A stretch of DNA of 64,000 nt from Candidatus Coatesbacteria bacterium (GTDB lineage Bacteria > JAFGND01): the NCBI GenBank assembly GCA_016927185.1, contig JAFGND010000055.1, positions 7,799 through 71,798 on the forward strand, written 5' to 3'. Below, piece by piece: positions 1 through 9,427 of this stretch. Under the pieces are notes generated by a model. That model saw only the letters and a list, made by a program, of their open reading frames with translations, ran no database searches and was not told where the DNA came from. A program made the translations under genes and the position numbers. Each line of letters starts with the position of its first letter. Position 1 is the first letter of the stretch.

Positions 1-292
1 CCTGTCTTGGGTCAGCAACTGAAGTTGTAACTGCAACCTGGGCAGCAAAATTAAAAATAATGTCTGGATTTGTCTTTCTTATAAAAGATTCAACTTCATT
101 GAAGGAAGTCACCGATCCCAGTGTGAATGAGAAATCCTTATTGTCAAGGCTTTCAAGCCACTTCAGATTGTTTTCTACACCACTTCTTGAAAGATTGTCA
201 AAGCAATATACCTTGCAGCCTTTCTGCAAATAATGGAAAGCCGTATTGCAGCCAATAAAGCCAGCACCTCCAAGAATTGCAATCTTTGTCAT
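1..292 (-). CDS. NAD-dependent epimerase/dehydratase family protein, N-terminal part (3' end lies beyond the window edge)
   Basis: My own reverse translation from ATG at 292 gives MTKIAILGGAGFIGCNTAFHYLQKGCKVYCFDNLSRSG..., which has the Rossmann GxxGxxG motif typical of SDR-type epimerases. GGAGGAG SD lies immediately upstream (295-301). It is not in the ORF track because the window edge truncates it. Confidence 0.6.
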   Translation of the reverse strand, partial: MTKIAILGGAGFIGCNTAFHYLQKGCKVYCFDNLSRSGVENNLKWLESLDNKDFSFTLGSVTSFNEVESFIRKTNPDIIFNFAAQVAVTTSVADPRQ

Positions 293-308
293 CACTCCTC
301 CTTGATAT

Positions 309-527
309 TCATTTCTTCTTCATCCTGAAATAACTGTTCTTTATCCAGCCCCAATTCAGAATAATATGAATGATTGCCAGAAATATCATGATGAAGCCAT
401 TTATGGGATGTATTTTATGAAAAATCTCTCTACCTATATAATCAATCAGGATTGCATTTAATGTCTGGATTATGAATGACAGTAAAAGCAATATGTTAAG
501 TATTTTAAGGATTTTTTGTTTATTCAT
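309..527 (-). CDS. small hydrophobic (2-TM) hypothetical protein
   Basis: 72-aa ORF with two hydrophobic stretches and a basic C-terminus, packed between flanking same-strand genes. Confidence 0.35.
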   Translation of the reverse strand: MNKQKILKILNILLLLSFIIQTLNAILIDYIGREIFHKIHPINGFIMIFLAIIHIILNWGWIKNSYFRMKKK

Positions 528-542
528 TTTTACTCCTTATTT

Positions 543-1205
543 TCAGACAGGGATAATAATTTCCAGTTCTTTTAGGCAAGATTTTATTGCTTTTCTTATT
601 CCCCAAAATATCTTCCCGTATAAAACGATTTCAGATGGATGCAGGAAGCAATTCAAATAAACATTCTTGAAGAAATGAGAGTCAGGGAGCTTGCTTTCAA
701 GGTCATCAGAAACAGCTCTTATTATTTTGAAATTATACTTGTTTTCCTTGCAGTATCTTGCAAAGTGAAAAGTCTCCATATCGACTGCAATTACTTCCCT
801 GTCCAGATTTTTGTAAGCATCCAGTAATTTGATTTTTTCTTCATGATTTGCCAGTTTTTCTGAAGTTACAAAAATTCCCTTGAAATCGTTTTCTAGCTTT
901 ATTATTTCATTTGTTTTTGCATTAATTATCAAATCTGCCTGACAAATATCTCCTGTTTTATAATATGGAGAAATAGCACCAGAAGAGCCTATTAGAAGGA
1001 TAGAGTCCGGTTTCTTGATTTTGTTCAGGATTTTCTTCAAACCCTTAATGAAGCTCTGCTGACCAATTCCTGCATAGGCAAAAGTGATTTCCTTGTCATT
1101 TTTCTTCATTTCAACCATATTGCTCTTGTTTCGCTTGATTTTATAATGCTTCAATATAACATCAAGCTCAATTCGTGCAGCAGTAATTATCAATATTCTA
1201 TTCAT
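543..1205 (-). CDS. PNP/UDP-1 family nucleosidase/nucleoside phosphorylase (MTA/SAH nucleosidase- or futalosine hydrolase-like)
   Basis: N-terminal ILIITAA..E and an internal VDMET motif resemble the MTAN/MqnB catalytic region; about 220 aa. Start overlaps the ABC-F stop. Confidence 0.5.
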   Translation of the reverse strand: MNRILIITAARIELDVILKHYKIKRNKSNMVEMKKNDKEITFAYAGIGQQSFIKGLKKILNKIKKPDSILLIGSSGAISPYYKTGDICQADLIINAKTNEIIKLENDFKGIFVTSEKLANHEEKIKLLDAYKNLDREVIAVDMETFHFARYCKENKYNFKIIRAVSDDLESKLPDSHFFKNVYLNCFLHPSEIVLYGKIFWGIRKAIKSCLKELEIIIPV

Positions 1206-3120
1206 AATTTCTTTCTATATAATCTATCTTGTTATTCAGTTCTTCCCATTTATTCATTTCACAAGCAAGGTCCTTTTTCAGATATGCGAATTTTATCTGC
1301 ATGTTTTTCAACCTCTCCGGTTCATTGTAAATATATTGACCAGCCAGGATTTCTTCCACTTCCTTCAGTTCTTTTTCCATCAGACAGATGTTTTCTTCAA
1401 GTTTTAAAACCTGAGCTTTTATATCTTTCACAGCATGATATTTTTTCTGTCTCAGTTCAGCTTCTTTTCTTTTTTGTTCAAGCCTGAATTCTCTTGAATT
1501 AGAGCTTGAATTGTCTTTTTCTTTCCGGTTATCTATCTTCCACAATTCTGAATGTATTTCTTCGTAATAATCATCATAGCCGAACTGGAACACATTGAGA
1601 CCTGAAGAGGTTATTGCCCAGACCTTGTTTGCGAACTTTTTCAGAAAATACCTATCGTGAGAGACAACAACAAGAGCTCCTTCATATTCTTTCAAAGCAT
1701 CAGTCAGGATATCCTTGCTTTCAAGATCCAGATGATTGGTAGGTTCATCAAGTATCAGGAAATTGGTTTTCAGTAACAATATCCTGCATATTAGAAGCCT
1801 GTTTTTTTCACCACCACTAAGCATCTCAATTTTCTTGTGTACGTCATTACCTCTGAAGAGAAAGCAACCCAGTAATGTTCTAAGAAACGTCTCAGTATAA
1901 TCTTCTTGATAATCCCTGATGAATTCTATTACTGTCTTTTCCTGGGGCAGCATCTGATCATTAATCTGGCTGAAGAAAGCTTTTACAAGATGATATCCCC
2001 AGGATATCTTGCCCCTGGATGGTTTTTCTTCAGCTGAAAGTATTCTGCAGAGTGTTGATTTGCCTATGCCATTCGGGCCTACAAGGGCAATTCGGTCTCC
2101 CCTGTAAATCGTTGCACTGAAGTTATTAAGAACGAGTTTTTCATCATAGCAATGAGAAACACCATTAAGTGTTACTACTTCATATCCAGGTCTGATTCCC
2201 CTGGGGAATTCAAAATGGATTTTTGGTGCTTCTTTTTCAATTTCTATTTTTTTAATTTTTTCCAGCGTTTTCATTCTTGAGTTTGCTTGAGAACTTTTAG
2301 TATTCTTGGCCTTGAATCTTTCTATGAAACGCTCTAGCCTTTCTATTTCTTCCTGTTGCAGTTTTGCTTTTGCTTCAATAATTTGCCTGTTTTTTTCTTT
2401 CTGCTCGATATAGAATGAGTATCTGCCTGAATATTTTGTGAGTTTACCTCTGTCTAATTCTATTGTTTCCAGTGTTGTTTTTTCAAGGAAAAATCTGTCA
2501 TGAGAAATGATTATATAAGTACCTTTATATTTGGATAAAAATGCTTCCAACCAGGCAAGACTCTCCTCATCAAAATGATTAGTAGGTTCATCAAGAAGAA
2601 GCAAGTCAGTATCCTTGAAAAGAAGCTTTGCCAGAGCAAGTCTCATCTGCCAGCCTCCAGAGAAATCACTTACCTTTCTGCTCCAGTCATTGTCAGTAAA
2701 TCCAAGCCCGATTATTATTCTTTTTGCCTCTTGCTCCCTTTCATAAAAGTTGTTTTTAAGCAGTACATCCTGCAAATCAGATATTGCATTCATCTCATTT
2801 TGCTGGCTTGAAAGAAGACTCTGCAGTTTCATACAATCTTCATAAACGGATCCCATTACCGAAAGCATTTCATGCTGCAAAAGCATTTCTTTCAGAATAA
2901 CCCCTTCTTGTGGAAGATAACCAATCTTGATTCCTTTTTGCCTGTTGATTGATCCTGAATCAGGTTCAAGTTCGTTGAGAATAAGCCTGAAGAGTGTAGT
3001 CTTTCCGGTTCCATTCGGACCTACCAGTGCAATCTTTTTCTTAGGATTTATCTGCCATGTTGCATTATTTATGATCGGTGTCTCTACATATTTGAAAGAC
3101 ATATTCTTTATGATAACCAT
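1198..3120 (-). CDS. ABC-F family ATPase (Uup/EttA-like translation factor), two ABC domains plus C-terminal coiled coil
   Basis: Two Walker A motifs (GPNGTGKTT, GPNGIGKST), two ABC signature motifs (LSGGWQMRLALA, LSGGEKNRL), no TM domain, 640 aa. Confidence 0.9.
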   Translation of the reverse strand: MVIIKNMSFKYVETPIINNATWQINPKKKIALVGPNGTGKTTLFRLILNELEPDSGSINRQKGIKIGYLPQEGVILKEMLLQHEMLSVMGSVYEDCMKLQSLLSSQQNEMNAISDLQDVLLKNNFYEREQEAKRIIIGLGFTDNDWSRKVSDFSGGWQMRLALAKLLFKDTDLLLLDEPTNHFDEESLAWLEAFLSKYKGTYIIISHDRFFLEKTTLETIELDRGKLTKYSGRYSFYIEQKEKNRQIIEAKAKLQQEEIERLERFIERFKAKNTKSSQANSRMKTLEKIKKIEIEKEAPKIHFEFPRGIRPGYEVVTLNGVSHCYDEKLVLNNFSATIYRGDRIALVGPNGIGKSTLCRILSAEEKPSRGKISWGYHLVKAFFSQINDQMLPQEKTVIEFIRDYQEDYTETFLRTLLGCFLFRGNDVHKKIEMLSGGEKNRLLICRILLLKTNFLILDEPTNHLDLESKDILTDALKEYEGALVVVSHDRYFLKKFANKVWAITSSGLNVFQFGYDDYYEEIHSELWKIDNRKEKDNSSSNSREFRLEQKRKEAELRQKKYHAVKDIKAQVLKLEENICLMEKELKEVEEILAGQYIYNEPERLKNMQIKFAYLKKDLACEMNKWEELNNKIDYIERNYE

Positions 3121-3220
3121 AATGCCTTAGCATAAAATTGCATTTTAACGGTCAAGAAATTGTCATCAAGATGATTACATTTTTCGTTGCTGTCTGTATT
3201 GGGCAACAATACTTAGCATT

Positions 3221-3976
3221 TCATTTGTTTTTTTCAGCAATAAGTGATGCCAGATAACCTGCCCCGAAACCGTTATCAATATTTACTACTGAAAGACCTG
3301 GTACGCATGAGTTAAGCATAGTAAGAAGTGGAGCTAGACCCTTGAATGAAGCACCATAGCCTACACTCGTAGGAACAGCTATTACAGGACATGATACCAA
3401 TCCGCCAACTAATGCTGGAAGCGCACCTTCCATACCTGCAACAGCAATAATAACAGAAGCACTGTCCAGTAATTCAATGTGATCCAGCAGTCTGTGAACC
3501 CCTGCTATACCTACATCATACAAGTATTCTGATTTATGACCATAGAAACGAGATGTTAGTAATGCTTCCTCTGCAACAGATATATCTGAAGTTCCAGCAG
3601 TTATCACAAGGATAAGCGAATTATATACTGGTTCAGGAAATTTACCCATAATAAGGATTCCGCTTACTGGATAATATGAAGCATCAGCAAGAGAGTCCTT
3701 TATTTCTTCATATACTTCTTTTTTCATCCTAGTTGCAAGAACTTTTTCTCCTCTGTTTTTGAACTCAGTCAATATTGGAAGAAGGTGGGATAAGTCTTTT
3801 CCCTGACAAAATACTACTTCACCCTGTCCTCTTCTCAATTTCCTGTGATGATCAAGCTTTGCAAAATTCAAGTCTTGATAAGGCAGTCTCTTGAGTTCTT
3901 GAAGTATTCTGTCCTTATCTATTTTACCGTTCTTGAAGTCTTCAAGCAGCTTTTCCAGATATTTTTCACTAGCCAT
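3221..3976 (-). CDS. larB: LarB, nickel-pincer nucleotide cofactor biosynthesis carboxylase/hydrolase (PurE-like)
   Basis: PurE-like C-terminal half (VIIAVAGMEGALPALVGGL...PVIAVPTSVGYG) with a LarB-type N-terminal domain, about 250 aa. Immediately downstream of larE with a TAATG stop/start overlap. Confidence 0.75.
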   Translation of the reverse strand: MASEKYLEKLLEDFKNGKIDKDRILQELKRLPYQDLNFAKLDHHRKLRRGQGEVVFCQGKDLSHLLPILTEFKNRGEKVLATRMKKEVYEEIKDSLADASYYPVSGILIMGKFPEPVYNSLILVITAGTSDISVAEEALLTSRFYGHKSEYLYDVGIAGVHRLLDHIELLDSASVIIAVAGMEGALPALVGGLVSCPVIAVPTSVGYGASFKGLAPLLTMLNSCVPGLSVVNIDNGFGAGYLASLIAEKNK

Positions 3977-4764
3977 TATAAATCCATGCTTCCTTTCCTG
4001 TAGCCTGTAAGATCAAGACAGACATGATTAATCTGCGTATTTTCAAACATATTCAGAATTCTTTCCCTGTTTTCCATTATACTCTGAAATACCGGTTTTA
4101 AAACCTCTATTCTTGCAATGTCATTATGTATCCTTACTCTTGCTTCAGGGATACCAATACTATAAAGCATATATTCGGTTTTGTCAATTAGTTCAAGAAT
4201 TTCTTTCCTTATTTCTGTATTGTATTGAATTCTTGTTGCAAGACATGCCATTTCAGGCTTATTCCAAATCGGAATATTTTTTTCCCTGAGCTCATTCCTG
4301 ATATCCTGTTTGCTGAAATTGCAGTTTACGAGAGGGCTTAGAATTCCGTATTCCTGCAAGGCTTTCATTCCGGGTCTAAAGTCCTTGAGATCATCAACTT
4401 GAGTTCCATCAAGTATATTCACAATGCCTTTCTTGAAAGCTTCTGATTTTATAAGTGACAGTATCTGCTTTTTGCAGTAATAACAACGCTGACTTGTATT
4501 TGCTTTTACATCATCTTTATCAAGCATTTTCAAATCCAGCACTTCAAGATTGAATCCGTAGTTCCTTGATAAGTCTATTGCAGATTCAATTTCGTGTACT
4601 GGCATGAATTCGGTTCTGATGAAGAAGCATACTGTATTCTCATATCCAAGGATTTCTTTTGACATGAGTGAAAGGAAAAAGCTATCCAGTCCACCAGAAT
4701 ATGCAATTGCGACCTGTTTTTTTTCTTTCAGGAAATTTTTCAGACAATCAATCTTTGCATTCAT
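3976..4764 (-). CDS. larE: LarE, ATP-dependent sacrificial sulfur transferase (PP-loop ATP pyrophosphatase)
   Basis: PP-loop SGGLDS near the N-terminus and downstream conserved cysteines (CYYCK); about 260 aa; sits between larC and larB. Confidence 0.75.
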   Translation of the reverse strand: MNAKIDCLKNFLKEKKQVAIAYSGGLDSFFLSLMSKEILGYENTVCFFIRTEFMPVHEIESAIDLSRNYGFNLEVLDLKMLDKDDVKANTSQRCYYCKKQILSLIKSEAFKKGIVNILDGTQVDDLKDFRPGMKALQEYGILSPLVNCNFSKQDIRNELREKNIPIWNKPEMACLATRIQYNTEIRKEILELIDKTEYMLYSIGIPEARVRIHNDIARIEVLKPVFQSIMENRERILNMFENTQINHVCLDLTGYRKGSMDL

Positions 4765-5944
4765 TCTTATAGTGCTCAGATATTTCCTTATTTATCAGAA
4801 TAGAAACCTTCTTGAATGGGATTTTCTTCTCCCTGGAAATCCGTAATAAATCATCGTATTCTGCTTTCACATTAACAAGCTTGTTTCCCCAGTATGCCAT
4901 CTTGATATTTACCTTGCCACATTCTGTTTCCACTTCCTTAATAACTCTTTTCAAGACAGCTCTTTCCAGCTTGCTTATCCGTATTCCAATTGTACTGGTT
5001 GAATTAAAAAGGACTTCCATTACCTGAAGCATTTTATCTTCATAGACTATAATACTCAAGTTCCATCCTGGTCTGCTTTTTTTCATGAAGATGTTCTGTA
5101 TATAGTAATCAATTGCTCCTGCTGCGATAAGTTCATCACCAAGATGCGAAAAAACTTCAGGAGAGCTATCATCTATTATTGTTTCAAGCATCATTGCAGA
5201 TTCTATATTAAATTGCTGCTCATCTGCCTCTTCACCTATTATCAATCTCAAGGAATTTGCCTTTTCTTCTATTTCATAGGATCCAAAACCATAACCAATA
5301 TCCTTGATTATGAATAAAGGCTGTTCCCTGAAATCTTCGGCAAATGTCTTTAAAAAAGCTGCCCCTGTAGGAGTTGTCAATTCTTTCTTGATATTGCTTC
5401 CATAACAGGGAATATTACGCAAAAGTAAAGCTGTGGCTGGAGCAGGGACTGGAACTGTTCCATGAGAAATGCTGACTTCACCGCTTCCAAGATTGACTTC
5501 AGAAGCAAATACCCGCTTTATCTTGTGATAATGCATTCCTATAACTATTGAGCAAACATCTACGATTGAATCCCATGCTCCAATTTCATGAAAATGAACC
5601 TTTTCCTTGCTAACTCCATGCACTTCAGCTTCCGCTTCCGCAATATTATTGAAGTACAAGTAAATATCCCTTTTTATTTCTTCTTCCCAGCTTGTCTTGT
5701 TGACTAATTCCACAATATCGCTGATATTGCGATGTTGATGTTTGTGCTCTTTTTCCGAAACCTTGAAACGAATTCCTTTTATCCCGTGCGATATAGTTTC
5801 CTCAGATTTTATATCAATATCATCCAGATTAAGCTCTTGAAGTTTCTGTACAAGAAAATAGAAAGGCATTCCAGCATGAATCATGGAAGCAACTATCATA
5901 TCTCCGGAAATACCATTTGAACAATCAAAGTATGCAATTTTCAT
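4748..5944 (-). CDS. larC: LarC, CTP-dependent nickel insertase (DUF111 family)
   Basis: Protein beginning MKIAYFDCSNGISGDM matches the LarC/DUF111 N-terminal signature. I place the start at the internal ATG 5944, preceded by an AAGGGA SD, not at the track's 6010 start; this leaves a 76-nt divergent intergenic region. Confidence 0.75.
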   Translation of the reverse strand: MKIAYFDCSNGISGDMIVASMIHAGMPFYFLVQKLQELNLDDIDIKSEETISHGIKGIRFKVSEKEHKHQHRNISDIVELVNKTSWEEEIKRDIYLYFNNIAEAEAEVHGVSKEKVHFHEIGAWDSIVDVCSIVIGMHYHKIKRVFASEVNLGSGEVSISHGTVPVPAPATALLLRNIPCYGSNIKKELTTPTGAAFLKTFAEDFREQPLFIIKDIGYGFGSYEIEEKANSLRLIIGEEADEQQFNIESAMMLETIIDDSSPEVFSHLGDELIAAGAIDYYIQNIFMKKSRPGWNLSIIVYEDKMLQVMEVLFNSTSTIGIRISKLERAVLKRVIKEVETECGKVNIKMAYWGNKLVNVKAEYDDLLRISREKKIPFKKVSILINKEISEHYKNECKD

Positions 5945-6020
5945 AAAAAAATCCCTTCTGAAGTAAAAAATACTGAAACCTCTTGACCAAATTCCCATTA
6001 GGTTTGTCAATATCCTAATA

Positions 6021-6899
6021 ATGACGGACTTAGCTATTTATGATGATGAAAAGCGAAACAAGCTCATAAAGAAGACAATAAGACGCACTTTATTAAGCTT
6101 CTGGTCTTTTTTCTGGTTGTTCTGGGGAATAGTTTTTGCGTTTGTTCCACCTTTTGCTGATTTCTGGTTTGTTCCATTGGGATTATCAATTTTAATCATA
6201 ATATTGAGAACGTACAAGAAAATCCAGAACCCTGAATACGTAGGGAGAATTGTTGCCAAACAGATAGACATAGAGGATACTGAAAGATTCAATCTTAATC
6301 AATTACCAACAGAACTGAAAAAACGCTTCAGGCAATTCAGGGAACTGGAAAGAAAAATAAGGAAGGAAATCTCTCAGGCAGATAGTTATTTCAATCCCAA
6401 ATTGATGGGAATTGCCGGACAGGTAGAAAATATCATATTGAAAGCATATGAGCTTTTGAAGAAACTTCATAGCATAAAAGGATATTTGTCAACAACTAGT
6501 ATGAGGCAAGTCCAGAGAGATATAATGGCTTTGAAGCAAAAGCTTATGATGACTACAAATCCAGAACTTTACCAGGAACTTCAGCGCTCCATTTCACTAA
6601 GGGAAGATAATCTGAAGCAGATAAAACATCTTTATGCTCATGCGGAAGCCATAGAGGTTCAACTAACAAGTGTCTCTTTTTCTCTTGAAAGCACATTATC
6701 AAGAGTAATCAAACTGAGAGTAAAAGTGAAGGATGATGTCAGTAGTGGAGAGAGTGAACTGACCAAAGACATTGATAATCTTATTAATGAAATGAAGCTT
6801 TTTGAAAACACAATGAATGTACTTTTATATAACAATGAAGAAAAAGAGCAGGATGAACTATATAACAGGATTTCAAGAGAAAACCTCAAAAAGGAGTAG
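6021..6899 (+). CDS. hypothetical membrane protein (two N-terminal TM helices plus long coiled-coil domain)
   Basis: N-terminal hydrophobic segments (FWSFFWLFWGIVFAFV, LGLSILIIIL) followed by a charged heptad-like region; divergent from larC. Confidence 0.45.
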   Translation: MTDLAIYDDEKRNKLIKKTIRRTLLSFWSFFWLFWGIVFAFVPPFADFWFVPLGLSILIIILRTYKKIQNPEYVGRIVAKQIDIEDTERFNLNQLPTELKKRFRQFRELERKIRKEISQADSYFNPKLMGIAGQVENIILKAYELLKKLHSIKGYLSTTSMRQVQRDIMALKQKLMMTTNPELYQELQRSISLREDNLKQIKHLYAHAEAIEVQLTSVSFSLESTLSRVIKLRVKVKDDVSSGESELTKDIDNLINEMKLFENTMNVLLYNNEEKEQDELYNRISRENLKKE

Positions 6900-7151
6900 C
6901 ATATACTTTATAGTTGTTTCATTTTTTCCTTGATTTTTAATCTTTGATTAGAGGGCAATATAAAAAAATATTGACGAAAATCAAATGATTTTGAATGTAA
7001 ACGAAATATTAAAACTTTTGATTGGCTGTATTCCAAAAGCAGTCATATTCGGCTTTATTGGTACTTTGAAAGGGGGAGAGGTATAACACAAATAATCTCT
7101 GGTCTATCATAATTTTATAGTCTATTTTTACAAGAAAAGGAATTGAGAAGA

Positions 7152-7481
7152 ATGAATATTTTCGTAGGAAATTTGCCAAAAGAAATTACTGAAGAAGAGT
7201 TTCGTCAAGCTTTTGCAGCTTTCGGTGAAGTCAAATCTGTTGCTATTATAAAAGATAAACAGACTCGTGAACCGAGAGGATTTGGATTTATTGACATGCC
7301 TAATGATGAAGAAGCTAAGAAAGCTATCGACAACTGGAATGGCAATAAACTTAAAGGGAAAACCTTAACCGTTAATCCAGCTCGTCCCCAGAGTGAAAGA
7401 CGTCCTTCTGGAGATCGCAGATTTGGTGGAAACAGGGATTTCAGAAGACCAAGGAATTCCAATCCTTCTGAAGACAAATAG
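7152..7481 (+). CDS. RRM-type RNA-binding protein (glycine/arginine-rich C-terminus)
   Basis: RNP2 (IFVGNL) and RNP1 (RGFGFIDM) motifs with a C-terminal RGG/RRP tail. AAAAGGA SD lies 10 nt before ATG 7152; the track's TTG start at 7143 has no spacing to the SD. Confidence 0.85.
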   Translation: MNIFVGNLPKEITEEEFRQAFAAFGEVKSVAIIKDKQTREPRGFGFIDMPNDEEAKKAIDNWNGNKLKGKTLTVNPARPQSERRPSGDRRFGGNRDFRRPRNSNPSEDK

Positions 7482-7484
7482 TTG

Positions 7485-7514
7485 AAAATAGTGCCTTGAT
7501 TAAGGCACTATTTT
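7485..7514. terminator. bidirectional rho-independent terminator shared by convergent genes
   Basis: Perfect 13-bp inverted repeat AAAATAGTGCCTT-(GATT)-AAGGCACTATTTT flanked by T-runs on both strands, located 4 nt after the RRM gene stop and overlapping the carbamoyltransferase stop codon. Confidence 0.6.
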
Positions 7515-9242
7515 AGTTATTAAATAGCCACCTTCAAGCACTAGATATTCAAGTGCAGATCTTTCCATAACTGCAAATGCTTCTTCTGGTGTATTAACCA
7601 TTGGTTCGCCATGCAGATTCAGGGAGGTATTCAATACTAATCCTATGCCTGTTTTTTTCCTGAATTTATCTATGATATCGTAATAATCAGGATTCCAGTC
7701 TCTTTTTAATATCTGTGGTCTTATTGTCTTGTCTGCTTGATGAGTAGCGGCTTGTATCTTATGCCAGTTTTCTTCCCTGGTATCAAAAGCTAATATCATG
7801 TAAGGTGCTTCTCTCGTATTCTTCATATATTCATCAGCGCATTCATCAAGAACTGTTCCAGCAAAGGGCATCCAGAAATCCCTACTTTTAATCATCTTAT
7901 TGAGAATCTGAACATTAGTCAGGCTGGAAGGATTTGAAAGAAGAGTTCTGTTTCCAAGTGCTCTCGGTCCAAACTCCATCCTGCCAGCACATCTTGCAAC
8001 AACCTTGTTATCAGCAAGCAATTCTGCCACTTTTTCAGCTATATCATCATGTTTTGTTATTTTATATCCTTCTTTTTTGAAATTCTTTATGAATGCCTCA
8101 GTCTTATCTTTTATATCTTCTCCCAGGTATAAATCCTTCAATGGTTTGAATTCTTTGATTCCCAGGTTTTGAGATGCAACTATGGCAGCACCTATTGAGA
8201 TATTATCGTCTCCTGATGCTGGAAAAATGAAAATATCTTCAATGGGAAGTGTATCTAAAAGATGCTTGTTTGCCTTTACATTAAGGAATACTCCACCAGC
8301 TAGTGCTACTCTCTTCACCCCAAAATGATTAATGAGATTGCCTATCCAGGTTGAGAGTATATCTTCAAGATGTGCCTGTAATCCATAACAAAGATGATCA
8401 AATCTGACATTACGGAATTTGTCAGTCAAATAGTCAATCAGGACATCACCTGCATAACCGCATTTATTATAGAATTTCAAGCCTCTTACTTCCCACATTT
8501 TGTGAAGCTCTTCTCTAACCCATTCTCCTTTAGGTGACTTTTTTCCGGTTCTGGGAGCACCCCATGGAGCCATACCCATGACTTTATATTCATCCTGCCA
8601 TGGAGCCATACCGAGAAAATGCGTGAATCTTGCATAAAGCCCACCCATGCTATGAATTGAATGTATTCCAACCTTTCTCTCTATCTTGTCGCCCTCTCCA
8701 ATACTTGCTGTAGCACAAAGTCCATCACCATTTCCATCGCAAGTTACAATAAGAGTTTTTTCTCTTGAAGGAGACGAGAAATATGCTGCTGCTGCATGAC
8801 ATGAATGATGATCATAGAATACTATTTTTTCCCTGGGAATACCAATATCAGTGAAATACTGAAGATGTTCTTTGTAAAAACTGCTCATGTTCATTGTCCC
8901 GACAGTTTTTACATATAACCATTCAAGAAACTTGCTTCCTGTTATAGAGGAAGGGAAAAAGAGCGAGATTAATGCTACCAATTTGGTTGTTAGCCTTTTC
9001 TCTCCTTCCTGAACCTCATTGCTATTGAATACTTCACAAAGTGTTCCAATTGCTACCTGATCAATCTCACGGGGATCAGTATTCGCAATTTCAATAACTT
9101 TCTTGATAGCCAGTTTTGGAAAACCTGCATCGAATTTAATCCTGGAGAGCCTTTCTTCCTGAACAGCTGCAGTCAATACTCCATCTTGCATCATACAGGC
9201 TGTTCCAGAGTGACTCATACAAAAACCTATTATATTTACCAT
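7500..9242 (-). CDS. NodU/CmcH-family carbamoyltransferase (copy 1)
   Basis: N-terminal IIGFCMSHSGTACMMQDGVLTAAVQEERLSRIK (Kae1/HypF-like ASKHA fold) and length about 580 aa are typical of O-carbamoyltransferases. Start set at ATG 9242 (MVNII...). Confidence 0.8.
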   Translation of the reverse strand: MVNIIGFCMSHSGTACMMQDGVLTAAVQEERLSRIKFDAGFPKLAIKKVIEIANTDPREIDQVAIGTLCEVFNSNEVQEGEKRLTTKLVALISLFFPSSITGSKFLEWLYVKTVGTMNMSSFYKEHLQYFTDIGIPREKIVFYDHHSCHAAAAYFSSPSREKTLIVTCDGNGDGLCATASIGEGDKIERKVGIHSIHSMGGLYARFTHFLGMAPWQDEYKVMGMAPWGAPRTGKKSPKGEWVREELHKMWEVRGLKFYNKCGYAGDVLIDYLTDKFRNVRFDHLCYGLQAHLEDILSTWIGNLINHFGVKRVALAGGVFLNVKANKHLLDTLPIEDIFIFPASGDDNISIGAAIVASQNLGIKEFKPLKDLYLGEDIKDKTEAFIKNFKKEGYKITKHDDIAEKVAELLADNKVVARCAGRMEFGPRALGNRTLLSNPSSLTNVQILNKMIKSRDFWMPFAGTVLDECADEYMKNTREAPYMILAFDTREENWHKIQAATHQADKTIRPQILKRDWNPDYYDIIDKFRKKTGIGLVLNTSLNLHGEPMVNTPEEAFAVMERSALEYLVLEGGYLITKIVP

Positions 9243-9427
9243 GGCATTAGGCAAGGCATTATATCGCTTTTATTTGTCAAGAGAAAGGTTAGCAACGCAT
9301 ATTTAAAGGTATTAGAAAAGATGCTTTCTAAAGATAACATGATTTCAAAACAAAAGCAATGCTCAAAAGCTCTTGATTCATCTTTACAAAGTTGCAGTCA
9401 AAAAAAAAATCCGCAATTGAGTAAATC

